Assembly (NCBI GenBank): GCA_963833985.1
Contig: CAWIAD010000002.1
Span: forward strand, 3,392,001-3,456,000
DNA from: an uncultured Planctomycetaceae bacterium
GTDB lineage: Bacteria; Planctomycetota; Planctomycetia; Isosphaerales; Isosphaeraceae
Length of the DNA: 64,000 nucleotides
Direction of reading: 5' to 3'
The notes under the pieces were generated by a model. It was not told the DNA's origin. It searched no databases and was given only the letters and a program-made list of their open reading frames with translations. Made by a program: the position numbers and the translations under genes. This document shows positions 33,039 through 46,627 of the stretch, in pieces (within the stretch, counting starts at the first letter, position 1; the number at the start of each line of letters is the position of its first letter).

Positions 33039-33772
33039 ATGTCCGTTGATCTGGCTCTGCTGGACCTGACCCTCGAGACCGCGGAGGCGAACCTGGCGCT
33101 CGACGAGGCCCTCCTGGTCGCGGCCGACGAAGGCCGGGCAGGCATGTCCTCAGGTTCTGGGAACTGCCCACGCTGGCCGTGGTCCTGGGTGCGTCGCGCC
33201 GGCTCAGGGATGAGGTGCTCCTCGCCGCCTGCCAGGCGGATGGAGTGCCCATCGTCCGCAGGTCGAGCGGTGGCGGCACGGTGGTCATCGGCCCGGGAAC
33301 CCTGAACGCGACCCTCATCCTTTCCGGCACGGCCGCACCCGGGCTCACCGCGGTCGACACGGCCCAGCGCTTCGTGCTCGAGCGGATCGCCCGGGTATTG
33401 CAACTGGCCGGACGCCCCGTCGTGGTGGCCGGCTCGGGTGACCTGACGATCGACGGCCGCAAGTTCGCCGGCAGCGCCCAGCGCCGGCTGCGGCACTGGT
33501 TCTTCGTTCATTGCACCATCATGCACTCGTTTCCGCTCGAGCGGATCAGCCGTTACCTGGCCCTGCCCGGGCGCCAGCCCGATTATCGCGCGGGCCGCAG
33601 CCACGCCGAGTTCTTGAGGAACCTGGAGCTACCGCGTAAAATCGTGATCGATTCGATTTGTTCGGCATTCTCGCCTTCCTCGATCCTGCCGGCCGCCGAT
33701 GTTCCTCACGACTTGCTCCAGGCGCTGCTTGCGGAACGATTCGCCAACCGCTCCTGGATCGAGCGGCTTTGA
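33039..33772 (+). CDS. lipoate-protein ligase A family protein, frameshift at ~33143
   Basis: NLALDEALL...LRFWE...VVLG...RRSSGGGTV...GDLTIDGRKFAGSAQRR...HCT. Confidence 0.88.
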
Positions 33773-33994
33773 GAGGCAGGGCACGCCTCTCACCGCGCTC
33801 GTTCGCGAGCTCGTGGCCCATTGCTTGCTTTCGCGCCTATATTTAACAACAGGCAGCTGCGGGACGACTCGGTTGCTGGCCGGGGGGCGTCTGGACCCCC
33901 GTGACCACGGGCGGAAGACCGAACCGCGGCGATCGTGCGGGCCTCTGATCCCGAACGCGCGATCTCAGCCGCCTGCACTCATTCCGAGACAATC

Positions 33995-36787
<2,793 letters not shown>

Positions 36788-36789
36788 TC

Positions 36790-38130
36790 ATGGCGGCCGT
36801 GCCGATCACCGTTCCGGGCGTGGGCGAATCGATCTCCGAGGGCATCCTGGCGCGCTGGCTCAAGCCCGACGGTGCGCAGGTTCAGGCCGGCGAGCCGCTC
36901 TTCGAGCTGGAGACCGACAAGGCGAGCAGCGTGGTCCCCGCGGCAACCTCCGGCGTCCTCAAGATCAACGTCGCCGAGGGTGAAACCGTGGCCATCGGCG
37001 CCACCGTGGGCGCGCTCGACCCCGCGGCCAGGCCGGCCGAACCAGCCGCTCCGGCCGCACAGGCGCCGGGCCCAGCGCCAGCCCCGGCCGCGGCCTCGTC
37101 CGTGTCTTCCAACGGCGGAGCCGGGGCGCACTCCGGCGCGGCCCTTTCCCCGGCCGTGCGCCGCCTGGTCGCCGAGCACGAGGTCGATCCGGCGCGGGTG
37201 ACTGCCACCGGGCCGGGCGGCCGGATCACCAAGGGCGACGTGCTGGAGTACCTGGAGCCGCAGCCGGCGGACGGCAGCAAGACAGAAACACAGACTCAGA
37301 CCGCGGCCGCTCCCACTGCACCTGCACCCGCGCCCGCTCAGCGGCCTTCGGCCGATCTCGCTCCGGCCAGCGCCGCGGCCCCGCCCGTGGGGAAAGCCCC
37401 CGCAACGCAGGCCGTCAGTGCCAGCCCGTCCAGCCGCGAGACCCGCCAGCGTATGAGCGGCCTGCGCCAGCGCGTGGCCCAGCGCCTCGTGCAGGCCCAG
37501 CAGACCGCGGCCATCCTGACCACGTTCAACGAAGCCGACATGTCGCGCGTGCAGGACCTGAGGGCCCAGTTCAAGGAGCTCTTCCGCACCCGGCACGGCG
37601 TGGGCCTGGGGTTCATGTCGTTCTTCGTGAAGGCGGTCATCGAGGCCTTGAAAGCCTACCCGGCGGTGAACGGCCGGATCGACGGCACCGACATTGTGTA
37701 CCACAACTTCTACGATATCGGCGTGGCCGTGAGCACTGACCGGGGCCTCATGGTTCCCGTCCTCCGCGGTGCCGACGCCCTCTCGTTCGCCGACATCGAA
37801 AAAGGAATCGCCGGCTTCGCCGACAAGGCCCGCAAGGGGACCATTACCGTCGACGACCTCCAGGGCGGCACGTTCACCATCACCAACGGCGGTACCTTCG
37901 GCTCGCTCATGTCGACGCCGATCTTGAACCCGCCGCAAAGCGGCATCCTCGGCATGCACGCCATCAAGAAGCGCCCCGTGGTCGTGGACGACCAGATCGT
38001 CATCCGTCCGATGATGTACCTGGCATTGTCGTACGATCACCGCCTGATCGACGGCCGTGAGGCCGTCAGCTTCCTCGTCCGTGTCAAGGAATGCATCGAG
38101 GATCCGGAGCGGCTGCTGCTGGCGCTTTGA
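36790..38130 (+). CDS. sucB: dihydrolipoyllysine succinyltransferase (E2)
   Basis: Lipoyl ELETDKA, E3-binding [12 protein letters not shown], catalytic [10 protein letters not shown]. Confidence 0.97.
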   Translation: MAAVPITVPGVGESISEGILARWLKPDGAQVQAGEPLFELETDKASSVVPAATSGVLKINVAEGETVAIGATVGALDPAARPAEPAAPAAQAPGPAPAPAAASSVSSNGGAGAHSGAALSPAVRRLVAEHEVDPARVTATGPGGRITKGDVLEYLEPQPADGSKTETQTQTAAAPTAPAPAPAQRPSADLAPASAAAPPVGKAPATQAVSASPSSRETRQRMSGLRQRVAQRLVQAQQTAAILTTFNEADMSRVQDLRAQFKELFRTRHGVGLGFMSFFVKAVIEALKAYPAVNGRIDGTDIVYHNFYDIGVAVSTDRGLMVPVLRGADALSFADIEKGIAGFADKARKGTITVDDLQGGTFTITNGGTFGSLMSTPILNPPQSGILGMHAIKKRPVVVDDQIVIRPMMYLALSYDHRLIDGREAVSFLVRVKECIEDPERLLLAL

Positions 38131-38151
38131 GCCCGAGGTCGCCTGCCGCGT

Positions 38152-39181
38152 TCACGAATGAGCCTGGTGGAATTCGCGGACGTTTGCGAGCCGGCGACCC
38201 AGGGGCGGATAGGTCAGGTACTGCTTGAGCAGCCAGCCGGTAAGCCCGGAATAGATGTACTTCGATTCCGCTTCGAGGAACTGCTCATTGAGCCGGTGGT
38301 GCATCTTGTTGCCCACGCACAGCCGCTTGAGGGCAGTCTTCGCGGCCGAGACGTCGCCCGCGGCCGCGCAACCGCAGTTGTCGCAGGTGAACTCACGGGC
38401 CGCCTTGAACGCCGCAGGCCGATAGATAAGGAACTTGCCGCCCATGGTGTCGTCAAGGACCAGATGGGCCAGCTCATGGCCGATGAGGAACCGCAGTTCC
38501 GCCGGCTGGTCGATGATTCCTTCGAGCACCTCCGAGAGCAGCACGATCACTTTCTTGCGCGCGAAGCGGACGGCAAACGCGTTCATCTCGCCGGAGCTGA
38601 GAACAAGGACTTTGGGCTCCTTGGTGACGCCGAACTGGCGGCATGTTGCCGCCAGCGCCTGCGCCACCTCAGGAAATTGATCCAGGGTCGCGGCCGTTCC
38701 CAGTGCCTGCAACTTCCGTACGTGGTACTCGGCAAGCAACCGGTTGATCAACCAGCCGAAGAACCAGACGACCAGCAGAACGCCGTAGCTCGCCAGCATG
38801 AAGATGCTGAGGACCAGCCAGATCAGCAGGCTGACCAGAAACGCGCTCGTCTTTCTCTTTTTCTCCTCGCGGGAGATGCACTGCTTGATCGAGGTTACGC
38901 GGGCCAGCCCGCTCATGGGCGTTCCGTTGGGCGTGGCTTGTTGACGCATCACGGGAGGAGACGGGACGGGCTCCTCGGCGACCGCAACGGCAACCGTGAC
39001 CGAGCTCGAAGTCATCGTCGAAGAGCCCCTTGATCAGGTTGGCTGCAACCCACTTCCCCTCGTTCCGCCGAACCTGATCCGTCCGGCTCAGCTTGCCGCC
39101 CTGCGCCAGGGACCGCAGTTGCTTCGCCGTGATCGGTCCTTTCGCGGCTCCATCGGACATCAGGTACCATTCCGCGGTCAT
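38152..39181 (-). CDS. GYF_2 (DUF4339) plus M48 metallopeptidase, one frameshift (~39010)
   Basis: WYLMSDGAAKGPITAKQLRSLAQGGKL..TDQVRR.EGKWVAA (GYF_2); then a TM segment, MNAFA, HELAH, EFTCD, TYP (M48). Confidence 0.8.
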
Positions 39182-39417
39182 CGCACTGTCTCCTGCCTGA
39201 GTGAATGTCCTTTCCAGGTCGATCCGCGGCAAGAACCGGGAGGACGGTCCTGTCCGCATGGAACAATTCAAGCAGGCAGGATATTATCGAAGCAGGAAGG
39301 GCCTGTCCACCGTTCAGTGCGACAACGATCGACTGATCGACTTTCGGTGGTCGCAGGCAACGCGGTGGTGTTCAGAGGCGGAGCTTCCGAACCAGAAGCT
39401 AACGATGGAGGCTCTGG

Positions 39418-40755
39418 TCAGCTATCCACGAACACACGTGTCTGGACCACGGCCTGGCTGGAAAAGCCGATCGGCCCGAAGGTGGGCTGATACGCCAGTG
39501 CGGCCAGTTCGGGGATGGTCGGCTTCTCGGAGGGCCGGGTCGGCTTCCTGGGGGAGCTTCTCCGTGCGGCGAGAGCCTCGCGCCAGTCTCTGGGGTTGCG
39601 GCCAAGGTCCTTACCGGCGACCTCGCGGGCGACTCCCATGACACGGTCGTTGAACTGCTTGCGGTCCGCATTGATATTCTTGATCGCGGCCACGTCCGAC
39701 TGGAGCTGGGACTGGGCCATGACGGCTCCCCGCTGAGCCTCGAGCATCAGCTGGTAGGGCGAGATCGTCTCGTAATAGTCCACTTCCTTGGTCGTTTGCT
39801 TCACCAGGGTCTTCGAGCCCGGCACGCCCACCGTACTGGTGGCCACATAACTTGTTCCAGTGCGATGCGCGATGACGGGCATGCCGGAGGCATCGTAGGT
39901 GGCAATGTCTCCCGGGCCGAAGGGGATGTTGGGGGCTGCCGGCGGAGCGTAGAACCGCATGGAGTTGAATCGCTCGCCTTTCACGAAAAGGACGCCGGGT
40001 GAACCCGGGCCGCCGACCGGCCTCACGTCGAAGCGGATCGGGTCCACCATCAGTCCAACCAGCAGGTCCAGAGAGTCGCTGGAGGGTCTTGACCGCAAAG
40101 TCTGGGTGGCGCGTCCCCGGACCTCGGGCGTGCTGCCGTAGACGGCGAGCATGGCCAGGACCTGGGTGGAGACGGGTCGTTCGATCTGGCCCAGAGCCTG
40201 CACGAGGATCAACTGGTCGGACTGGCCCGCGCCGCCGAACTCGCGGTAGAGCGGCAGCACGGCCCGCGAATCCGAGATCTCGGCCAGCGCGGTGCGGGCC
40301 AGTTCTTGCTTCCTGGCTCCGCTACCGCCATGAATGTCCCGGTGCAACTTCTTCAGGCGAGACGACCAGACCTTGTCGGCCTTCTTCTGAAGTCCGTCCT
40401 CGGCAATCTGCTCCGGGGTCATCCACCGGCCGCCGACCTTCTTGAGCCCCAGCTTCCTCCAGGCGGCGTCGCGGCTAGGATCAAGCCGCGCGGCCTCCGA
40501 AAAATGCGTGTACGCTTCCGGCTTGAGCCCATTCTTTTCGCACCAGAGCCCGAGCTTCCACTGGCCGGCGGCGGTCGCAGGAGTCCTGTCGCGAAGCGTC
40601 TCGTACTCGGCCATCGCCTTGCGGGAATCGCCGTCGGCATCGCTCTGCGCCTGCGCAGGCGCCTGTGCAGGCGGCTTCTTCTCCACGGCGGGACGGGACG
40701 CTGCCGGTACCTGAAAGGCGAGAATCGCCGAGGAGAGGAGCGCCAATCCAATCAT
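39418..40755 (-). CDS. secreted planctomycete TPR/HEAT-repeat protein
   Basis: Signal peptide; QWKLGLWCEKNGLKPEA..HF...LDP...AWRKLG...GGRW, followed by HEAT-like helices. Confidence 0.8.
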   Translation of the reverse strand: MIGLALLSSAILAFQVPAASRPAVEKKPPAQAPAQAQSDADGDSRKAMAEYETLRDRTPATAAGQWKLGLWCEKNGLKPEAYTHFSEAARLDPSRDAAWRKLGLKKVGGRWMTPEQIAEDGLQKKADKVWSSRLKKLHRDIHGGSGARKQELARTALAEISDSRAVLPLYREFGGAGQSDQLILVQALGQIERPVSTQVLAMLAVYGSTPEVRGRATQTLRSRPSSDSLDLLVGLMVDPIRFDVRPVGGPGSPGVLFVKGERFNSMRFYAPPAAPNIPFGPGDIATYDASGMPVIAHRTGTSYVATSTVGVPGSKTLVKQTTKEVDYYETISPYQLMLEAQRGAVMAQSQLQSDVAAIKNINADRKQFNDRVMGVAREVAGKDLGRNPRDWREALAARRSSPRKPTRPSEKPTIPELAALAYQPTFGPIGFSSQAVVQTRVFVDS

Positions 40756-41166
40756 CTGGGGTTCTCCAAGGTCGCGGATGTTCCTGATAGTTCAGCAGGC
40801 CGGCGGTGGTCTTGAGTCTGAGCTGAAATGGAACCACGCATCATGGTCCTGAAGTCGGACGGTCGCCCACGAACGAGTCTCGGCTTGCCGCAGAGCGGCC
40901 AGGCGAAGGCTTCGTGCGACAGCCGATTTCTGAAAGCACTGCGTGAGTCCTGCAACAGAGTGCACCGCAACGAGCGAGCGAATACAGCTTTCTTGTTTTT
41001 CAGGGTTCCTGCACACGGGGAGACGCGGCATGATCTCGCGCCACGGCGATCAGGCCTCGATTCGCCGTTCTCGCGTGGCGCACCGTGCACTCCTGGTTCG
41101 CGTTGACTACCATAGGGTTCGGCAAGCAACTTTCCGGTTGCGGCTCGATGATTCGAGGAGCAAATT

Positions 41167-42573
41167 GTGGCACAGCGGTTTGACCTGGTCGTGGTTGGTG
41201 CGGGCCCGGGCGGCTACGTAGCCGCCATCCGTGCGGCGCAGCTTGGCATGAAGGTGGCCTGCGTCGAGAAGCGCGCCAGCCTGGGCGGCACCTGCCTGAA
41301 CGTCGGTTGCATTCCCAGCAAGGCCCTGCTCGATTCCAGCGAGCTTTACCACCTGGCGCGCGACCGCTTCGGCCGGCACGGCATCAAGGTGGACGGCCTG
41401 GGACTGGACCTGCCCGCGATGCTCAAGCGCAAGGATGGCGTTGTCAAGAGCCTCACCGACGGCGTCCGCTTCCTCTTCCGCAAGAACAAGATCGAGACGA
41501 TGCAGGGCACGGGGCGACTGACCTCGGCGACCAGCCTCCAGGTGAAGCAGATCGAAGGAGAGCCGGTCGACCTGGAAGCCGGCCACATCCTGCTGGCCAC
41601 CGGGTCCGAACCGACTCCCTTGCCGTTCCTGCCCTTCGACGGCAAGGCGATCGTGAGCTCGACCGATGCCCTGTGCTTCGACAAGGTCCCCGAACACCTC
41701 GTGGTGGTGGGCGGCGGTTACATCGGGCTGGAGCTCGGCTCGGTCTGGCGGCGGCTGGGCTCGAAGGTCACTGTCATCGAGTTCCTGCCGCGGATCGTCC
41801 CCATGGCCGACCTGGAGATCGGCGAGCAGCTCAAGAAAAGCCTGGTCAAGCAGGGCCTCGAGCTGCACCTGGAAACCAGGGTCACCGGGGCGAAGATCCA
41901 GGGCGCCGCGGTCACCGTTTCCGCGGAGACGAAGGTGGGCAAGCCGCTCGCCGTCTCGTGCGACAAGGTGCTGGTGGCCGTGGGCCGCCGGCCGTACACC
42001 GAGGGGCTGAACCTGGAGGGCGTGGGCGTGCAGGTCGAGGCGAAGACGGGCAAGGTCCCCGTCGACGACCACTTCCGCACCAACGTCCCCACGATCTCGG
42101 CGATCGGCGACCTGATTGCCGGCCCGATGCTGGCCCACAAGGCCGAGGACGAGGGCGTGGCCTGCGCCGAGATCCTTGCCGGCAAGCCGGGCCACGTGAA
42201 TTATGACACGATCCCGAGTGTGATCTACACCTGGCCGGAGATGGCGAGCGTGGGCATCACCGAGGAGCAGGCGAAGGAGCGAGGCCTGAAGTACCAGGTC
42301 GGCAGGTTCCCCTTCCTGGCCAACGGGCGGGCCAAGGCGATGGACGAGACCGAGGGCCTGGTGAAGGTGATCGCCGACGCCGCGACCGACCGCGTGCTGG
42401 GCGTGCACATCATCGGCCCGCGCGCCTCGGACATGATCGCCGAGGCCGTGGCCGTCATGGAATTCGCCGGCAGCGCCGAGGACATCGCCCGCACCTGTCA
42501 CGCCCACCCCACGCTCAGCGAAGCCCTCCGCGAGGCCGCGCTCGCCGTGGAGAAACGGGCGATCCACAGTTGA
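41167..42573 (+). CDS. lpdA: dihydrolipoyl dehydrogenase (E3)
   Basis: GAGPGGY, GGTCLNVGCIPSK, GGGYIGLE, MLAHKA, HAHPTLSE. Confidence 0.98.
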   Translation: MAQRFDLVVVGAGPGGYVAAIRAAQLGMKVACVEKRASLGGTCLNVGCIPSKALLDSSELYHLARDRFGRHGIKVDGLGLDLPAMLKRKDGVVKSLTDGVRFLFRKNKIETMQGTGRLTSATSLQVKQIEGEPVDLEAGHILLATGSEPTPLPFLPFDGKAIVSSTDALCFDKVPEHLVVVGGGYIGLELGSVWRRLGSKVTVIEFLPRIVPMADLEIGEQLKKSLVKQGLELHLETRVTGAKIQGAAVTVSAETKVGKPLAVSCDKVLVAVGRRPYTEGLNLEGVGVQVEAKTGKVPVDDHFRTNVPTISAIGDLIAGPMLAHKAEDEGVACAEILAGKPGHVNYDTIPSVIYTWPEMASVGITEEQAKERGLKYQVGRFPFLANGRAKAMDETEGLVKVIADAATDRVLGVHIIGPRASDMIAEAVAVMEFAGSAEDIARTCHAHPTLSEALREAALAVEKRAIHS

Positions 42574-42586
42574 TCCGGAGCACGCC

Positions 42587-44574
42587 TCATCCGCGGCGAC
42601 CGAGCGCGCTGATGATTGCGTCGGTATCGTAGACGCAGCCGGCCCAGGTGCCGCCGGCGACGGACTGGAGCGCCGCCCAGAGGCGCGTATCGTCGGGCAG
42701 GTCGGGATCAGGCGAGAGGTCCGGATGCGGGGTGCGGGAGGCAAGCACGCGCGTTCCTTCATCGGCACCCTGCTCGAATTCCTTTCCCCCTGCTGCGCCC
42801 ACCAGGTTCAGCGTGCCCTCGAGGTTCACGCGGTCGACCACGATGCGGATCAGGTCGCCGTCGCGGACCTTGCCGAGCGGGCCGCCGGCCAGGGCTTCGG
42901 GGCTGATGTGGCCGATGCAGGCACCCGTCGAGACTCCCGAGAAGCGGGCGTCGGTGAGCACAGCCACCTGCTTGCCGAACGAGAGGTGGCGCAGCGAGGC
43001 GGTGATCTGGTAGATCTCCTCCATCCCCGCGCCCATCGGGCCGCGCCCATCAGCACCAGCACGTCGCCGGGCCTGATCGGCCGATCTCCCTGGCCCTTGA
43101 TCGCGGCGATGGCGTCCTTCTCACGCGTGAAGACGCGCGCCGGACCGGTCTTGCGGTAGACTCCGTCGGAATCCACCACGCTCGGGTCGATCGCGGTGCT
43201 CTTGATGACGGCGCCGTCCGGCGACAGATTGCCGCGCGGGAAGGTCACGGTGCTGGTCAGCCCGCGCTCGCGGGCGCGTGCAGGGCTCATGATCACGTCG
43301 TCCGGATCCACCTGGTCCGCCTCGAAGAGGCGCTCGCGAAGCCGCTTGCGGCGCTCGCTCGCTTCCCACCATTCGAGGGTCTGCCCGAGCGGCTGGCCCG
43401 CCACGGTCAGGACCGAGAGGTCGAGCAGGCCAAGCGCCCTCAGGTGCAGCATCACCTCCGGAACGCCTCCGGCCAGGTAGGCCCGCACGGTGGGGTGGTC
43501 ATACGGGCCGTTGGGGAGCACGCTCACCAGGCGCGGAACCTTCAGGTTGACGGCGTGCCAGTCGTCCACCGTGGGCCGGCGCAGGCCGGCGGCGAAGGCG
43601 ATGGCCGGGATGTGCAGCAGCAGGTTCGTGGAACCGCCGAAGGCCGCATGAACGCACATGGAGTTGCGGATGGCGGCGTCGCTGAGGATCTGCCGTGACG
43701 TGATGCCGCGCCCGGCCAGGGCCACCAGCGCCCGCGCGGAGCGGCGGGCGACGTCGCGCCAGATCGGCTGGCCGGAGGGGACCAGGGCCGAGTGAGGCAA
43801 GGCCATGCCCAGCGCCTCGACCACGACCTGCGACGTGGCCGCGGTGCCGAGGAACTGGCACCCTCCGCCAGGGCTGGCACACGCCCGGCAGCCGAGCTCG
43901 GCGGCCTCTTGCAGGCTCAGCTCACCGTGGGCGTAGCGGGCACCGACGGACTGAATCTTGCCGGCGTCCTCGCCCTGGCGCGGGGGCAGGGTGACCCCGC
44001 CCGGCACCAGCACGGTGGGCAGGTCTCGTGAGCCGGCCAGGGCCATGGCCATGGCGGGCAGGCCCTTGTCGCAGGTGGCGATGCCAAGAACGCCCTTGCG
44101 CCTGGGAAGTGAGCGGACCAGCCGCCGGAACACGATTGCCGCGTCGTTCCGGTAGGGCAGGCTGTCCATCATGCCGGGCGTTCCCTGGGTGCGGCCGTCG
44201 CAGGGGTCGGAGACCATGCCGGCGAACGGCACAGCGCCTAGCCGCTTGAACTCCTCGGCCGCCTCGTGGACCAGCAGGCCAATCTCCCAGTGCCCGGTGT
44301 GGTAGCCCAGGGCGATCGGCGTTCCGTCCGGCGCGCGCAGACCGCCCTGGGTGCTGAGGATGAGAAACGGATCGCGCGCGACCTCGACCGCCTGCCAGCC
44401 CATGCCGGCGTTCTGGCTGAGCCCAAAGAGGTCGCCCGAGGGCCAGTGCCTGAGCATCTCATCGCTCAGCGGCAACGAACCGGCCGGACCGTCGGCCTTT
44501 GTCTGTACGCCAGCCCAGTCCATCCCCGGTGATTCAAGGACCGGCGGATCTTGCGATTCAGAAGAGACAGCCAT
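42587..44574 (-). CDS. YjhG/YagF-family D-xylonate dehydratase (IlvD/Edd), frameshift at ~43045
   Basis: [59 protein letters not shown]. Confidence 0.93.
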
Positions 44575-44809
44575 GACGGACCTTTCCTCGCTGGGCTTGC
44601 TTCGCCCGACCCTTTTCACGGAAGACTGACCGACCCCACGATCTCATCATGACCGCTCCCGCCGGTTCGCGGCAACGTGCGGGAGACCGTCGATCTACGC
44701 GCATTCGCCACTTGCTCGCATGATCGGCGCATGAATTGCCACTCTGATTCGCTGGAAGTTCGTATCGCCCGGGCCAACCTGACACTCGCGCTTGCAACGG
44801 GAGAACAAA

Positions 44810-45274
44810 ATGGATCGTCGTGAAGCACTCAGCTGGATCGGCGCCGGTACCGCGGGAGTGGTTTTCGCCGGAGGGAACAGCCTCCAGGCGCAGGAACATG
44901 AAGCTCACCCGATGGCCGAACATCTGAAAACCCTGGGCGAGTGCATCAGGGCGTGCAACCAGACCGCTCATCATTGCCTTCAGATCCTGATGAAGGAGAG
45001 CGCGGAGCATCGTGACGTGCATGCCCGGGCCGTCGCGCTCGCCACGGACTGCCAGGCCTTCTGCGTCCTGGCCGCAACGCTTGACGCCCGCTCCAGCCCG
45101 ATCGCCGAATTCGCGAACGCAGCCTGTGCCGAGGCCTGCCGCTGTTGCGCCGAAACGTGCGAGCAGGGGCCGGGCGAGGTCATGAAGGAGTGTGCGGCAC
45201 GCTGCCGCGATTGTGAGCGGGCATGCCGCAGCATGACGAAATCAACCGATGCGCACCACAAGTCGACCTCTTGA
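44810..45274 (+). CDS. Tat-exported four-helix-bundle copper storage protein (Csp/DUF326)
   Basis: MDRREAL Tat-like signal; 14 Cys in CxxxC/CxxC helical spacing. Confidence 0.88.
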   Translation: MDRREALSWIGAGTAGVVFAGGNSLQAQEHEAHPMAEHLKTLGECIRACNQTAHHCLQILMKESAEHRDVHARAVALATDCQAFCVLAATLDARSSPIAEFANAACAEACRCCAETCEQGPGEVMKECAARCRDCERACRSMTKSTDAHHKSTS

Positions 45275-45427
45275 GGCCCGTTTGAAGGCCGCCCTGCACA
45301 GCGGATGCGCGGCAACCAGGCCGGAATGATGGGAGCGGGCGTATGCTTGATCGGGCACGCCCGCTCGTCGAATATGAAGACGGTCATCGTGCATCGGCAC
45401 ACCCGTTCCTTTTCTGGAGCACCTTCG

Positions 45428-46534
45428 ATGGGTTCGCAGCGCACTCGGAGTCAGCGGTCCGCGGGCAAGCCGGCGGCGGCTCGTAAGCAGGCAGGCCTTG
45501 AAGACGACTCCGAGATCCGGCTCTCGGAAGAGCACAACCTGCTCACGGTCCGGGACCGCAGGATGTTCCAGCGCGGGCAGGAATCCGTTTGCCGTGCCCT
45601 CATCTGTGCCGCGGCGCGGCAGCCAGAGGTCCGCGCGGCACAGGTGGACCTGGGCGCAAGCCTGTTCCGGCTGGAGTTCAACCCGGGCCGGGCCAGCGAG
45701 CAGGAGATGGCGGAACGGTTCGCCGCGGCGATGCGCCAGGCCCTGGCCGAAGCAGAGCACGACGGCCGCCCTGATGGCAAGCGGACCAACTGGGCCGCCA
45801 TGGCGGCATTTCCCGCACACCAGTCCGTCTCCACCTGGGAGATCGTCCGCGAGGAAACCAACGGCATCAAGCTCCGTAACGTGATCCTCCGGCATGATTC
45901 CCACATGGCGCGAAGAATTGCCAAGGAGATGCGCAGGCGGCCCGGCATCCTCTCGGCGCGGGTCAGCCAATGGCGGCGCGACCTGAAGATCCGCTACGAG
46001 GAAGGCCAGATGTCCGATCTGGCGGTCGTGAATGCTGCCGAGGAGATCCTCCAGCGTCTCCTTCGCAACGAGATTGAGCCGGCCCACGCCGGCTCCGACG
46101 AGGCGCCCGCGGTCGCCACCGGAATTCGCAAGGTCTACTACATCGTGCTGGCCAGTGGCTCGTTTGCCCTCACCGTGCTGGGGTTCATCGTTCCGGGCGT
46201 GCCAACCGTGCCGTTCCTGATGGCCACGAGTTACTACCTGGTGCGCTCCTCGCCGTGGCTCAATAACAAGCTCCGGGACGCGCCGTTCTTCGGGCCAATC
46301 CTCAAGGACTTACAGTCGGCGGGGGCCCTCCGACCCATCAACAAGGTCAAGCTGATCGGGCTCACGCTCGTGGTCGGCACGCTCACCGTACTGATCACCC
46401 TGCCGCCTGTCGGCCTCATCTTGCTGATCTCGGCCGTGTCGGGCCTGAGCATGTACGCCGTCTCGCGGATTCCCACCCTCGGGGGCAAGCCGGAAGAATC
46501 GGACCTCGGAGTGAAGGCCCCGGCCATGGCCTGA
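45428..46534 (+). CDS. YbaN/DUF454-family membrane protein with a long N-terminal soluble region
   Basis: C-terminal LGFIVPGVPTVPFLMATSYYLVRSSPWLNNKL...FFGPIL matches the YbaN pattern; the N-terminal part is possibly HMA/ferredoxin-fold like. Confidence 0.75.
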   Translation: MGSQRTRSQRSAGKPAAARKQAGLEDDSEIRLSEEHNLLTVRDRRMFQRGQESVCRALICAAARQPEVRAAQVDLGASLFRLEFNPGRASEQEMAERFAAAMRQALAEAEHDGRPDGKRTNWAAMAAFPAHQSVSTWEIVREETNGIKLRNVILRHDSHMARRIAKEMRRRPGILSARVSQWRRDLKIRYEEGQMSDLAVVNAAEEILQRLLRNEIEPAHAGSDEAPAVATGIRKVYYIVLASGSFALTVLGFIVPGVPTVPFLMATSYYLVRSSPWLNNKLRDAPFFGPILKDLQSAGALRPINKVKLIGLTLVVGTLTVLITLPPVGLILLISAVSGLSMYAVSRIPTLGGKPEESDLGVKAPAMA

Positions 46535-46627
46535 GCCCGGCGCGGTGAAACCGCGGGCGGTTCGGTTGCGGTCCGGTTCCCTGGCGCGGTTCCACTCGCG
46601 TTTCGCGTTCTCGCAAGAGACGAGAGC

